64,000 nucleotides of DNA from Chiloscyllium plagiosum. Lineage: Eukaryota. This document shows, in pieces, positions 1 to 14,063 of this stretch; position 1 is the first letter of the stretch; each line of letters opens with the position of its first letter. Location: the NCBI RefSeq assembly GCF_004010195.1, contig NC_057758.1, forward strand, positions 7,870,935 to 7,934,934. The letters are read 5' to 3'. The position numbers were made by a program, and so were the translations under genes. The notes below the pieces were generated by a model, which saw only the letters and a program-made list of their open reading frames with translations, was not told the DNA's origin and did not search any database.

Positions 1-489
1 ATTGAAACCAGAGGCGCAGAGCTGTTCGTGGTGCTGTAATATTTTTGTAAGGCTTTAGTTTAAAAAAAAGCTGGAACAACAGAAGTAGACTGGATGGGTA
101 TTTCCTTTTATCACAGGTTAGGATTTATAGATTGTATTTAGGTCTTAAATTCAGCAGGAGTAGAAGAGATCTTTCACCCGTTCACGTACACAGCCAGAAG
201 CTGGTGTTACTCTTTCTGCTGCAGACATTGGATGTGAGGAAATCAGACTTCTAAATATGCGTTTTTGCAAAAGGATGTGTTTATGGCATGTTATTAGATC
301 GGAACAGTTCATCAGTAAGTATTACTGTACCCAACATCCTGTTAATTGTGTTTTGCTTAATGTTGAGTTATTTGACCATTAAAGTCGCATCTGGAACACG
401 GAACCTTACATTTGCCTTAAAAGAAGCAAACCTTCCTGTTTATACATCAATCTTAAACTACTTTGAGATTGTCTGGTATGATCCAGACA
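1..489 (+). mobile_element. Partial solo-LTR-like repeat (related to 56670-57084)
   Basis: Colinear blocks shared with 56830-57084 (tgtgttttgcttaa..gacca..ccttacatttgccttaaaagaagcaaac vs tgtgctttgcttaa..gacca..cctcacatctgccgttaaaataagaaaaac); ends in -ACA. The LTR label is inferred. Confidence 0.45.
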
Positions 490-796
490 ATAGCAATTCC
501 TTTGGGAGAAGACCAGAAGTTACGCTACATGAGCCCGATTCTAGGCCAGGGAAAAATACATTATTTCAAATCCATTGCCCACCATAATTCCTCCAACTAC
601 TGGATAGACCCGGAAACAATATAACGTGACGAAATCCCTCTCCTATCTTCAAAGAAAAATCAGAATCCGTGGAAGTCTTGCCGCTATCACAAACTGGGGG
701 AATTGCAGAAACCCTGCATTGAGAATTATGGAAACTGCAACCAGAAGACAGCATTTATCTCAACATTACAATCCCTCGCATGTTGACAAAATTAAC

Positions 797-872
797 AATC
801 AAACACCTGATTATTGTTCAACAGGTTTATTTGAAATAAACGATTTGCACTATAAGCTGGTGTTTTTTGATT
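797..872. repeat. Short imperfect palindrome, internally deleted Penelope-derived fold-back element
   Basis: aatcaaacacc..caacaggtttattt-g-aaataaac..tataagctggtgttttttgatt; arms resemble those of the palindrome at 58533-58678. Confidence 0.5.
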
Positions 873-1944
873 CGTAACGTGGTCCATCTCCACATCATGT
901 TTTCTTTGTTGGTTGTTGTTCAAGCAAAGGTTCCAAATACCCTTTGTACACCAGGGGACGTATCGTTTGGTTCAATCGCAAAGGCTTCCTTTAAAAAAGA
1001 CATGCCAGAGATGGAAGACGTGCCGAGCAGAGAGATTGGGCACAGTTCAATTAATTTCAAGATGACATTCTAGACCAATGATTCAAGGAAACATGAAATT
1101 TGGAGGAATTGGGAATCTTTCAGAGACACGGAATTGGTGACTTCGTAGAGTCAGTGGGAGATAGGTGGTTTTGATACAAAACTTAAGCATATACACCGAA
1201 ACTGCCGATGCTAACTGTAGTGTCAAGAATAAAACTTTCGTGGAGCTCTTGTGTCATCTCACGGTTTTGAAATTAAGTATTTCAGAGACCGAATTAGACT
1301 TATCCAATCTAATTCTCTCGAAAATGCATGGATTGAAGATTTCACCTCCAGATCGTAGCAAAGTGTGTTATTTTATCTCCGGTCTCTGAAAGTCAATTAA
1401 CAGTTATTGGCGTGATAAAACGTAACCTCCTGGCTCCATGAAATAAAGCACAGTTTCATATGAACACAAGAAAGGAAGAGTTTGGTGAACTCTTCAAGCC
1501 CATTCCACCATTCACCAACGTCGGGGTTGCCTGTATTGCCGAACTCCGAATTCTTGCTTTTTGCCGATAATCCTTAGTCTCTTTGGACAACAAAAATGTA
1601 ACAACTCATCCAGAATTCACTCTTGTTTGTGTAACATCATTTCAAACGTCCATGTGTAGAAACGCTTCCTGACATCTCTGGTTGTAAATGTCATACAAAG
1701 CCCACTACTTCCAGAATATCCAATCCGCAAAATAATTTGAAGTTCATCCACCCGTCCCCTTCCCCCAGCCCGACCCAATTGTCAGCATGAAGATTTCCAT
1801 CACCCTTTTATCTTTCTAAATTCTGGAGTCAAAATGCTTCATTTGTGTAATCCTCTTATCGTAAACCTGAAGAACATATATAATTTCTGTCACCCTGTAT
1901 TGTTGCCGCTCTTTCGCCAACATACCCTTCCTATGCTTGAAAAC

Positions 1945-2575
1945 AAAGGCCTATGGTGTGCTTGCCTTCATTAGACGGGGAAAAGAGTACAAGGATAGAC
2001 AAGTTATGCTGCAATTTTATAGAACTTTGGCTTGGTCACTCTTGTAATATTGCGCACAATTCTTTTCACCGCACTACCAGGTGAGGGTTCAGTTTTTGGG
2101 ACATTTTGCACATTATGGGCAGTTTTAGCTGTGAAAAAGGTTTGCATATACTGGCGTTGTTTTCAATAGAATGCAGGATGTTGAGGGGCTACTTGATAGA
2201 TGTTTATAAAATTATGAATGCAGGAATCATCATGACACTTTTATTGTCAGGTTGGAGAGTTCATTTACTAGGCGACTCAGGTTCTAAGCATTGGACAAGG
2301 TGGGGGGAGATGCTGGGGTAGTTAGTTTGGGGTTGATGGTGGTTTCAAAAGCGATTTTCAAGGCGTGTCTTTGATCCAAATGGTGTTGAGTGCCTGGAAC
2401 ACTCGGCCAGAGCTGATGGTGGGAGCAGACACAACAGCAACATTCAAGAAGCATTAGAAAAGACATGATTAGGAAGGGAAAGGGGGAATACAGAACCTGC
2501 AAGTGAAAAAAATGTAAAACGTGTCGCCAGAGGCTTGTGGGCGAATGGGTTGTTCCTGTTTTGCATTGTTCTTTG
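1945..2575 (+). mobile_element. CR1-type LINE 3' fragment (degenerate)
   Basis: ORF2 C-terminal remnants (AYGVLAFIRRG..EYK..VMLQFYRTL..L*YCAQFFSPHY; LRGYLIDVYKIM) followed by the CR1-type 3' UTR. Confidence 0.8.
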
Positions 2576-3091
2576 GTGTTGGATAAAAATGGTAGTAGAG
2601 ACAGAAGAGGGCGAGAGGAATGGAGAGATAGCGATGGAGATATGGAGAGATAGGGAGTTGATGAACAATAATGGAGAGGAAGGCAGGAAAGAAGAAGAGG
2701 TAGAGATGTCCAGAGGAATAGACGAATGTAGAGAGTCAAGCAAATTGGACAGCAGACGAATTTTAGTGATTGAGAGTGTGCATGATGGCAGCCCGATCGA
2801 ATGGTGCCTCCTTTTGTTTTGAGTCCAGAGCCGGCAGACTGTTCGGAAATTCCATAGAACCTGTGGTGGAAGATTGAAACAAGTCAGTCGTACCTTGAGA
2901 GATTTAATACAATGTCAAGCGGCGGCAATGATGAGAATTTGGTTTTAAATTACATTTTCTGGTTTTAACTATTAAATTAGTGATTTTTGACTGAACGATT
3001 GATTTGCAGATACTCAGCACGAAATTCAGCTGCTGTGTGAACCTAGTCTGGTTCAAAGCACACATCGTAGGCTCTGTTCAGCAGCTGAGGA

Positions 3092-5220
3092 TCTGAGGAG
3101 AATCCCTATTCCAGCACAAAGTAATGACATTGACAGACATTCCGAGCGATACAACTGGGACCACAAAATATCACTGTCAATGTTAACCGTGATAGGTCAA
3201 AATGATCCACAATCACAAACATAGAGTTATAGAGTCAAATAGATGTACAGCATGGAAACAGGCCCTTCGGTCTAACCTGTCCATGCCGACCAAATATCCC
3301 AACTCAATCTAGTCCTATTTGCCAGCACCCAGTCCATATCACTGCAAACTCTTCCGATTGATATATGCTAATGCCTCTTAAATGTTGCAATTGTACCAGC
3401 CTCCACCACATCCTATGGCAGCTCCTTCCATACATGTACCATCCTCTGCGTGAAAACGTTGTTCCTTAGGTCTCTTTTATATCTTTCCCTCTCGCCCTCA
3501 ACCTATGACCTCTAGTTCTGGACTCCCCGAACCCAGGGAAAAGATTTTGTCTATTTATCCTATCCATGCCCCTCATAATTTTGTAAAAATCTATAAGATC
3601 GCCCCTCAGCCTCTGGCACTCCAGGGAAAACAGCCTCAGCCTGTTTCACCTCTCCCTGTAGCTCAAATCCTCTAACCCCTGGCAAAATCCTTGTAAATAG
3701 GAAGAACAGAATTGCACGGAGTATTCCAACAGTGGTCTAACCAATGCCCTGCAAAGCCGCAACATGACCTCCCATCTCCTGTACTCAATACACTTGAGTT
3801 TCTCTTTGACTCTCTTCGTTGCAGTAAGACCATACACTCCTCCTTGTATTTTTTTTTGGTAATTAAACTGTTTCTCATGTTTGAAAGATGTGAAGCATAA
3901 ACGGTAGAGATGTAGCTTTGGAGTTAGAATGTGGTGGAGATACTCAACTGTGAAGCAGACTCGAGAATACTTAACACGAGCTGTTCCGTCGCGAAACCAG
4001 AGTGTTTGTGAAATTCAGTGAATGCACTTCCAAAATACAGTGCTTTGAAATCTTCAATCTAACACTATCCCACATGGCACTCCATCAGATTATTTCGGGT
4101 TATTTACCCAGTCATGATTAAAGCACCTGTCAGCAAAACTGATTGAACAGCGCTTGGAACAGTTTCTTCCTGCAGCATACTGCACATGTTCCTCAATGTC
4201 AGCAAACACAGCGAATGAAACGGAACCCAAAGGAAACAGTATCAAGGTTACTACGTCAGCCCCGAGAGAGCTGCAAAGACAGAATTGCAATTAAGACTAC
4301 ACAGATCAAACACTGATATTGTCTCTATGTATACATGGGGAAAGAGGAGTATTTCGACACTAAACTTCTGTTTGCAATTGCTAGAGTATTATCGGTGTCC
4401 TTTCGTCTGAATTACTTACATTCATGTTCGTACTGCCGATGAAACTATGCAAACTGAAACAAGTCGAGTAAATGGCATTTTTGAGAAATTGCTTCCTCAG
4501 GAAGTTACTTGCCTGTCTATCTTCATTGACTCTCTTTGTTAATCCATTTGAAATGTTTTTGAACTGTGTGGGTGAGAACCGCTTTTTTGACCTGAATAGA
4601 AGAGGCATATAATTGATGCCTCTTCTATTCAGGTCAAAAACGAGGTGTAAGACCAGCAGAAAGATGAATGATCTCACTGAAACACAGTGAGATCATTTTC
4701 TGTGTTAGTGAATGCGGCAGAACGTCGACAGAATTCGCAGCCTCTGTGGTGAGATATGAATATTTTATGTCCTGTTATCCATCTTCAGAACAATTCTCAT
4801 TGGGGAATTTGAACTCAGTTAAGCAGAGGCGAGAAGGTGGGATCAGAGTCAGGGGTGAGGAGAGTAAATATCTTGAATTAAGGACTATTGATAAAAAAAA
4901 TATACCGTTGATCTCTCATATCCTTTGTGGAATCTGTCTGCTTAATTTGTCTCTTCTGCCTGTGACTCCAGACAAATGGCAGCGTGGTTAACTCTTAACG
5001 TCTTTCCGACAATTTGGTCAACAAAGTCTAGTCCAGACAGTGAAACTAATTAACGTAAAAGCATGCTTCTGAAAATTGTGTCGTCATTGGATTGTCTGTA
5101 TTGCTCCATGGAACAGATGTACAGACTTCAACTGCTTGCTTATAGTTGTAATAGAGTCAGTGGTTTTATATGTCTGTTCGAACCTATATTCGTTACCCTT
5201 CGCTTCAAATCATGCGAGAG
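3092..5220 (+). repeat. ~2.1 kb direct duplication, copy A
   Basis: Nearly identical to 5532-7586; ORF-track peptides 4090..4290 and 6536..6736 are identical. Confidence 0.95.
3222..3800 (-). mobile_element. CR1-type LINE 3' end (in duplication copy A)
   Basis: IEYRRWEVMLRLCRALVRPLLEYSVQF, GLEDLSYRER; tagagt-repeat tail. Confidence 0.85.
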
Positions 5221-5531
5221 NNNNNNNNNNNNNNNNNNNNNNNNNNNNNNNNNNNNNNNNNNNNNNNNNNNNNNNNNNNNNNNNNNNNNNNNNNNNNNNN
5301 NNNNNNNNNNNNNNNNNNNNNNNNNNNNNNNNNNNNNNNNNNNNNNNNNNNNNNNNNNNNNNNNNNNNNNNNNNNNNNNNNNNNNNNNNNNNNNNNNNNN
5401 NNNNNNNNNNNNNNNNNNNNNNNNNNNNNNNNNNNNNNNNNNNNNNNNNNNNNNNNNNNNNNNNNNNNNNNNNNNNNNNNNNNNNNNNNNNNNNNNNNNN
5501 NNNNNNNNNNNNNNNNNNNNNNNNNNNNNNN

Positions 5532-7586
5532 TCTGAGGAGAATCCCTATTCCAGCACAAAGTAATGACATTGACAGACATTCCGAACAATACAACTGGTA
5601 CCACAAAATATCACTGTCAATGCTAACCTTGATAAGGTCAAAATGATCCACAATCACAAACATAGAGTTATAGAGTCAAATGGATGCACAGCATGGAAAC
5701 AGGCCCTTCGGTCTAACCTGTCCATGCCGACCAAATATCCCAACTCAATCTAGTCCCATTTGCCAGCACCCAGGCCATATCACTGCAAACTCTTCCGATT
5801 GATATATGCTAATGCCTCTTAAATGTTGCAGTTGTACCAGCCTCCACCACATCCTATGGCAGCTCCTTCCATACATGTACCATCCTCTGCGTGAAAACGT
5901 TGTTCCTTAGGTCTCTTTTATATCTTTCCCTCTCGCCCTAAACCTATGACCTCTAGTTCTGGACTCCCCGAACCCAGGGAAAAGATTTTGTCTATTTATC
6001 CTTCCATGCCCCTCATAATTTTGTAAAAATCTATAAGATCGTCCCTCAGCCTCTGGCGCTCCAGAGAAAACAGCCTCAGCCTGTTCCACCTCTCCCTGTA
6101 GCTCAAATCCTCTAACCCCTGGAAAAAATCATTGTAAATAGGAAGAACAGAATTGCACGGAGTATTCCAACAGTGGTCTAACCAATGCCCTGTAAAGCCG
6201 CAACATGACCTCCCGTCTCCTGTACTCAATACACTTGAGTTTCTCTTTGACTCTCTTCGTTGCAGTTGACACTCGTTGACACTCCTCCTTGTATTTTTTT
6301 TTTGGTAATTAAACTGTTTCTCATGTTTAAAAGATGTGAAGCATAAACGGTAGAGATGTAGCTTTGGAGTTAGAATGTGGTGGAGATACTCAACTGTGAA
6401 CCAGACTCAAGAATTCTTAACACCAGCTGTTCCATCGCGAAACCAGAGTGTTTGTGAAATTCAGTGAATGCACTTCCAAAATACAGTGCTTTGAAATCTT
6501 CAAGCTAACACTCTCCCACATGGCACTCCATCAGATTATTTCGGGTTATTTACCCAGTCATGATTAAAGCACCTGTCAGCAAAACTGATTGAACAGCGCT
6601 TGGAGCAGTTTCTTCCTGCAGCATACTGCACATGTTCCTCAATGTCAGCAAACACAGCGAATGAAACGGAACCCAAAGGAAACAGTATCAAGGTTACTAC
6701 GTCAGCCCCGAGAGAGCTGCAAAGACAGAATTGCAATTAAGACTACACAGATCAAACACTGATAATGTCTTTATGTGTACATGGGGAAAGAGGAGTATTT
6801 CGACACTAAACTTCTGTTTGCAATTGCTAGAGTATTATTGGTGTCCTTTCGTCTGAATTACTTACATTCATGTTCGTACTGCCGATGAAAGTAATATGGA
6901 AACTATGCAAACTGAAACAAGTCGAGTAAATGGCATTTTTGAGAAATTGCTGCCTCAGGAAGTTACTTGCCTGTCTATCTTCATTGACTCTCTTTGTTAA
7001 TCCATTTGAAATGTTTTTGAACTGTGTGGGTGAGAACCGTTTTTTTGACCTGAATAGAAGAGGCATATAATTTATGCCTCTTCTATTCAGGTCAAAAACG
7101 AGGTGTAAGACCAGCAGAAAGATGAATGATCTCACTGAAACACAGTGAGATCATTTTCTGTGTTAGTGAATGCGGCAGAACGTCGACAGAATTCGCAGCC
7201 TCTGTGGTGAGATATGAATATTTTATGTCCTGTTATCCATCCTCAGAACAATTCTCATTGGGGAATTTGAACTCAGTTAAGCAGAGGCGAGAAGGTGGGA
7301 TCAGGGTCAGGGGTGAGGAGAGTAAATATCTTGAATTAAGGACTATTGATAAAAAATATACCGTTGGTCTCTCATATCCTTTGTGGAATCTGTCTGCTTA
7401 ATTTGTCTCTTCTGCCTGTGACTCCAGACAAACGGCAGCGTGGTTAACTCTTAACGTCTTTCCGACAATTTGGTCAACAAAGTCTAGTCCAGACAGTGAA
7501 ACTAATTAACGTAAAAGCATGCTTCTGAAAATTGTGTCGTCATTGGATTCTATATTCGTTACCCTTCGCTTCAAATCATGCGAGAG
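5532..7586 (+). repeat. ~2.1 kb direct duplication, copy B
   Basis: Matches 3092-5220 with scattered substitutions, a 12-nt insertion near 6890 and a ~90-nt deletion near 7549. Confidence 0.95.
5663..6240 (-). mobile_element. CR1-type LINE 3' end (in duplication copy B)
   Basis: GLEDLSYRERWNRLRLFSLERQRLRDDLIDFYKIMRG. Confidence 0.85.
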
Positions 7587-9206
7587 GTTTTATTTGGTAC
7601 TTAGCTGTCGATAAATCTTTGTGTACGCACGTTTGGCTAAGCTTGCTGCTTCTCTGTATTTCTTTGAGAATTTTCTTCAGTTATTTTGTACACCCGTTAT
7701 CATCCAGTCAGGAAGGAGAGAGGAGAATTGATCACTTTTCACTGACTCAACACTTTCCTCAATTTTCAGGAAGCATGCTCATATTCAACCCAGTTTTAAC
7801 TCTGTCCTTATAGGTAGACTCTACACAGAGTCTATAAAAACCTCTGTGTCGATCTATGACTGCTCAGTGCAGTATGGATACAATTTGGTTTTCCCATTGA
7901 GAACTGGTTTTCTCGTGGCTCCTCGTCAACTCTTCATACTTATATTTTAGGCAAGTGTTTTTTTTTAAGTAGACACTGACTTAATTTCTGCTTTTATTGC
8001 TGAATGCAGTTTATGGTCATAGGTTGACTGGATTTCAGGAATTTGCTGGTCATACAGCATCCAGGACATTTCCATTGTTACCCATTCTCTTTTTCCGATA
8101 TTCATGACAGATAAAGGCAACATGACCAAGGAAGGCATTGTGAAACTTTTAAAGCTGCATGTCATTTTTAAGTTGTAACTTCAGCGCCTCAGAGGCAGAA
8201 AACAACATTTTTTCCCTCAGAATGGAAGTTAACACCGCTGAAGAAAAGTAATTCTAATCAAAACACTACTTATATATCTCTCTCCATATCCAGCAGGAAC
8301 TGTTTAGTTACTCTTACACTTTCTTTTTTAAAGACGAAATAATTAAAATGAGTTCTATTTTTTATCTGAATTGCTTGTGATGTCCGTTTGAGTTGCAGTT
8401 ATTTTACATCAAAACTACATTGTAATATCACTATGCTAAAAGACTCATAATGCATTTTGCTATCAACTATTTCACAACGTACGCAGAGTAAACGCAAATA
8501 GATACTCAACCATTCTGAAGAAGGGTCACTTTTCTTTAAAACGTTCGAACTGTTTTATCTCCTCGATAAAGTTCCAGACGTGTTGATTTTGTCCATTGTT
8601 TGAAATTTTTATGATGTCATTCAAGATGTCGCTGTACCAATCACAATTCCCGAGAGACTGCAGTTTGAGTGAATGCGATACTCCAAATGTAAGAAATATC
8701 CAAGACCAAACAAGTTAGGTGGAATTGTTTCCTACAGAGGTCTTTAGGAGTTTGCAAAGTGTCCGATGAATTCTTTTCATTGATACGTTCTCTCCTATAT
8801 TGTGCCCACACCCTACAATATTCTTACGCAGTGCCCGAGTGAATTGTCTTATTCTTACTGAGGTTTATGATTCAATGAGACGGAATTGATGGTTTCATGT
8901 CGACGTTCTCGATTTCAATGTCTGCAATGGAATCCTTTGTTTTTCATTGGATGTTCAATTTCATTAACATCGGGTTATCTGAGGTCTCTCACTTCACGAT
9001 GGGCTGCATTTACTGTACGAGGTTGTCTTTCATCAATAAATAATTGGGAAAACGCAAAGGTGCTCTGGTAAGTCCAATAAAGGTGAATGGAGAAATGAAC
9101 CACGTTTCAGTTTACCAGAAACAGGGATGTATTCTTATAGAGAAAGACGTTAAGTTAAAACATTGTTAGCTAAACCATTTCTCGGCAGAATTCATTTTGT
9201 AGGCAA

Positions 9207-9368
9207 GGCAAAAGTAAGGACGGCAGATGCTGGAAACCAGAGTTTAGATCAGAGTGGTGCTGGAAAAGCACAGCAGGTCAGGCAGCATCCGAGGTGCAGG
9301 AAAATCGATGTTTCTGGCAAACGCCCTTCATCAAGAATAGAGGCAGAAAGCCTCCAGAGTGGAGAGAT
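9207..9368 (-). mobile_element. Penelope-like element terminal repeat with degenerate hammerhead motif
   Basis: Minus strand reads ttgatga-a-gggc-gttt-gcca-gaaacatc; the gtggtgctggaaaagcacagcaggtcaggcagcatcc block also occurs at 28636, 40474 and 45919. Confidence 0.7.
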
Positions 9369-9392
9369 ATATTTTTTCGACCTCAATCAAAC

Positions 9393-10044
9393 TTATCTCC
9401 GAATCAATACCCACGGCGATTTTGCAATATTTTTCAACTCTGCTTTGAATTTGCTCCGTGCTGATGAATAAATACAAGGGTTTGGGAAGCAACTAAAATA
9501 CATCAAGATACCTCCCACTTCACGTGCAATAAATTTAGTGTTTGTGAACTTGCCTCTGTAATGAACATTGCTTCTTATATTGGTAAGACACAACCTCACG
9601 GTAATTGTCAACCAGAGCAAGAGAAAGCTTACTGATATTAACGATAATAAAATGATGGATTTTCAGAGGTTCTCCATTTTTGAGTCGATTTGCTTTCCAG
9701 TCTTGGAGCTCTGGAGTTCAGTGCGGAATCGATTCGCCAACACAATACTTTGGACGGTTAATGAATTACACAAGGCAATCAGAGTAATGGGAATCGGAAT
9801 GACGCAGGCGCTGTAAAACCAGACATAACGTACACCTGCGGATGAGGAACAAAATGCTGCCCGTGACCGGCAGCTCCACCACACATTGTTAATAGTTTTC
9901 TCAGGTTCATATTAAATCGCAACTGATACTTTCTTCAACACGACCACAACCGTGATAGTTATGACAAGAATGACTGCAGGTCTCTTTGTGCAGCATTTTA
10001 TTTAAAATTTCTGGCCGCAGATCACGACACATCTGTCACGTCTG
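9393..10044 (-). pseudogene. GPR139-like class A GPCR pseudogene, exon 2 (end of TM3 to C-terminus)
   Basis: One frame reads DRCVVICGQKF*IKCCTKRPA..*YEPEKTINNVWWSC..NSLTVQSIVLANRFR..DSKMENL*KSIILL..SCFPNPCIYSSARSKFKAELKNIAKSPW. It aligns with the 43998-44923 receptor and has 3 in-frame stops. The 5' part presumably lies in the gap. Confidence 0.9.
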
Positions 10045-10578
10045 ANNNNNNNNNNNNNNNNNNNNNNNNNNNNNNNNNNNNNNNNNNNNNNNNNNNNNNN
10101 NNNNNNNNNNNNNNNNNNNNNNNNNNNNNNNNNNNNNNNNNNNNNNNNNNNNNNNNNNNNNNNNNNNNNNNNNNNNNNNNNNNNNNNNNNNNNNNNNNNN
10201 NNNNNNNNNNNNNNNNNNNNNNNNNNNNNNNNNNNNNNNNNNNNNNNNNNNNNNNNNNNNNNNNNNNNNNNNNNNNNNNNNNNNNNNNNNNNNNNNNNNN
10301 NNNNNNNNNNNNNNNNNNNNNNNNNNNNNNNNNNNNNNNNNNNNNNNNNNNNNNNNNNNNNNNNNNNNNNNNNNNNNNNNNNNNNNNNNNNNNNNNNNNN
10401 NNNNNNNNNNNNNNNNNNNNNNNNNNNNNNNNNNNNNNNNNNNNNNNNNNNNNNNNNNNNNNNNNNNNNNNNNNNNNNNNNNNNNNNNNNNNNNNNNNNN
10501 NNNNNNNNNNNNNNNNNNNNNNNNNNNNNNNNNNNNNNNNNNNNNNNNNNNNNNNNNNNNNNNNNNNNNNNNNNNNNN

Positions 10579-13500
10579 GTAAATCTCCTCTGCACCCTCT
10601 CCAAAGCCTCTTAAAGTGTAGCGACCAGAACTCCATACAGTACTCCAAATGTGTCCTTACCAAGGTCCTGTACAGCTGCAACATCACCTCACGACTCTTG
10701 AATTCAATCCCTCTGCGAATTAACGCTAATGCGCCATAGGCCTTCTCACAAGCTCTATCCACCTGAGTGGCAACTTTCAAAGAGCTATGAACATAGACCC
10801 CAAGATCCCTCTGCTCCTCCACCTTACTAAGAACCCTAACGTTTACCCTGTATTCTGCATCCTTATTTGTCCTTCCAAAATGGACAACCTCACACTTGAC
10901 AGGGTTGAACTCCGTCTGCCACTCCTCAGCCCAGCTCTACATCATATCTAAGTCCCTTTGCAGCCGACAACAGTCCTCCTCACTATCCACAACTGCACCA
11001 ATCTTCTTATCGTCTGCAAATTTACTGACCCACCCTTCGACTTCCTTTTCCAAGTCATTAATAAAGATTACAAACAGCAGAGGAACCAGACCTGATCCCT
11101 GCGGAACTCCACTTGTAACTCGGCTCCAGACTGAAAATTTACCATTTACCACCACTCTCTAACTTCGACCGGTTTGCCAGTTCTATATCCAACTGGCCAA
11201 ATTTCCCACTGTCCCATGCCTCCTGACTTTCCGCATAAGCCTACCATGGGGAACCTTATCAAATGCCTTACTAAAATCCATGTACACTACATCCACTGCT
11301 CTACCCTCATCCACATGCTTGGTCACCTCCTCAAAGAATTCAATAAGACTTGTAAGGCAAGACCTACATCTGACAAATCCGAGCTGGCTGTCCCTAACCT
11401 AGCAGGGTCTTTCCTGATACTCATAAATCCTATCTCACAGTACCCTTTCCATTACTTTGCCTACCACCGAAGTAAGACTAACTGGCCTGAAATTCCCGGG
11501 GTTATCCCTATTCCCTTTTTTGAACAGGGGCACAACATTCGCCACTCTCCAGTCCCCTGGTACCATCCCCGTTGACAGTGAAGACGAAAAGATCATTGCC
11601 AACGGCTCTGCAATTTCCTCTCTTGCTTCCCACATAATCCTAGGATATATCCCGTCAGGTCCGGGGTCTTGTCTATCCTCAAGTTTTTCAAAATGTCCAA
11701 CACACCTTCCTTCCTAGCAAGTATATCCTCTAGCTTACCAGTCAATTTCGTACTCTCCTCTTCAATAATACGGTCCCTCTCATTTGTAAATACTGAAGAA
11801 AAGTACTCATTCATGACCTCTCCTATCTGTACCGACTCAATACACAGTCTCCCACTCCTGTCCTTGATCGGAAATACCCTAGTTCTAGTCATTCTCATGT
11901 TTCTCACATACACATAAAAAGGCCTTGGGGTTATCCTTGATCCTACCCGCCAAAGATTTAACATGCCCTCTCTTAGCTCTCCTAATCCCTTTCTTCAGCT
12001 TCCACCTGGCTATCCTGTATCCCTCCAACGCTCTGTCTGAACCTTGTTTCGTCAACCTTATGTAAGCCTCCTTCTTCCTCTTTACAAGACATTGAACCTC
12101 CATCGTGAACCAAGGTTCCCTCACACGACCATCTCTTTCCTGCCTGACAGGTACATACATATCAAGGACACGTCATATCTGTTCCTTGAAAAAGTTCCAC
12201 ATTTCAACGACATCCTTCCTTGACAGCCTATGCTCCCAACTTATGCTCCTCAGATCCTGTCTTGCAGCATCGTATTTACCTTCCCTCAGTTATAAACCCT
12301 ACACTGTTGCACGCACCTATCTCTCTCCATAACCAAGGTGAAAGTCACAGAATTGTGGTCACCATCACCAAAATGCTCACCCACTAACAAGTACCAAATC
12401 CAATATGGCCTCACCTCTGGTCGGACAATCTCCATACTGAGTTAGAAAAGCTTCCTGGACACACTGTACAAACACCGCCCCGTCCAATCTACTTGATCTA
12501 AAGAGCTTCCAATCAATATTTGGGAAGTTGAAATCACCCATGACGACTACCCTGTGGTTTCTGCACCTTCCCAAAATCTGTTTCCCAATCTGTTTCTTCA
12601 CATCTCTGCTGCTATTGGGGGGCCTATGGTAAACACCCAACAAGGTAACTGCTCCTTTCCTATTTCTGACTTCAGCCCGTACTATCTCCAAAGACAGAAC
12701 CTCGTCGAACTGCCTTTCTGCAGCCATTATACAATTTCTAATTAGCAACGCCACCCCCTCCCTTTTAACTACACTCCCTAATCTTACTGAAACATCTGTA
12801 ACCAGGAACCTCCAACAACCATTTCTGTCCCACTTCTATCCACGTTTCCGTGATGGCCACAACATCGTAATCCCATGTACCGATCCACGCCTTAAGTTCA
12901 CCCACCTTATTTCTGATACTCCTTGCTTTGAAATATACACACTTGAACCCATCTCTGTGTCCGCAAGTATTCCCTGTCAGTGCTACCTTCTCCACAACCT
13001 CCCTACATTCTTGGACATGCTGAAAAACAGCTAACCTACTTGCTGGACTACAAGTCCGGCGGATCCCATCCCCCTGCCAAATTAGTTTAAACCACGCCCG
13101 AAGAGTGCGAGCAAACCTACCTCCCAGGATATTGGTGCCCTTCTGGTTCAGGTGCAAACCGTCCTGCTTGCACAGGTCCCACCTTCCCCTGAATGCAGTC
13201 CAATTGTCTAAATACCTGAAGCACTCCCTCCGAGACTTTCCTTGCAGCCACGTGTTCAACTGCACTCTCTTCCTATTCCTTGCTATACTGTCACGTGGCA
13301 CGGGCAACAACCCAGAGATGACCACTCTGTCCGTCCTAGCTTTTAGATTCCAGTCTAACTCCCTGAGCTCCTGAATGACCTCCCCACCCCTCTTCCTACC
13401 TATATCGTTGGTGCCAATGTGCACCACGACTTTTGGCTGCACACCTTCCCCCTTAAGGATTCTGTAGACACGGTCTGAGACGTCTCGGACCCTGGCACCC

Positions 13501-13945
13501 GGGAGGCAACAAACCAACCGAGAGTCTCGCCCATGTCCACAGAACTGCCTGTCTGTCCCTCTTACTATAGAGTCTCCTATAACTAGCGCTCTTCTCCTCT
13601 CCCCCTTTCTCTTCTGAGCCTCAGAGCCGGACCTCGTGCCACAGACCCGATCACTGCAGCTTACCCCTGCTAGGCCCTCCCCCCCAACAGTATCCAAAGC
13701 AGTATACTTTTTGTTGAGGGGAACGACCACAGGGCATCCCTGCACTGCCTGCTTCCTCTACTTCCCACCTCTAACTGTTACCCAGCTACCTCTGTTCTCT
13801 GTCGTAACTATGTCCCTGTAGCTTCTATCTATCATCCTCTCAGCCTCTCGAATAATTCTCAGTTCATCCAACTCCAGCTCCAGTTCCCTAACGCGGTCTT
13901 TGATGAGTTGGAGCTGGCTGCACTTCCTGCAGATGAAGATGGTGG
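10579..13945 (-). mobile_element. Near full-length CR1 LINE (ORF1 Zn/leucine zipper + SGNH esterase; ORF2 APE endonuclease + RT), frameshifted
   Basis: ICRKCSQL..RVRELELEL; VIGDSIVR, CLPGARV, HIGTNDI, DGLHLN; VAITETW, MGDFNFP; NFRPVSLTSVVGK, GVPQGSGL, KFADD. Lies between exon 1 and exon 2 of the minus-strand GPCR pseudogene. Confidence 0.95.
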
Positions 13946-14063
13946 CTCTGACCGTTCCCCCTGGTGTGAGAAGCACCCGGTCATTTCCCGCCTGCATCGG
14001 ACATTTCTAAAAATATCTTTTAACAAGTTGATTCGGAAAAACACGTTAAACATATCAACTCAA

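Noticed and set aside
4090..4991. Duplicated short ORFs as conserved genes
   Set aside because: Identity reflects the DNA duplication; no recognisable motifs or splice structure
12765..13745. 326-aa ORF as a novel esterase-endonuclease fusion or host lipase
   Set aside because: It is CR1 ORF1 running into ORF2 in a frameshift-riddled copy; the SGNH domain is a known CR1 ORF1 feature
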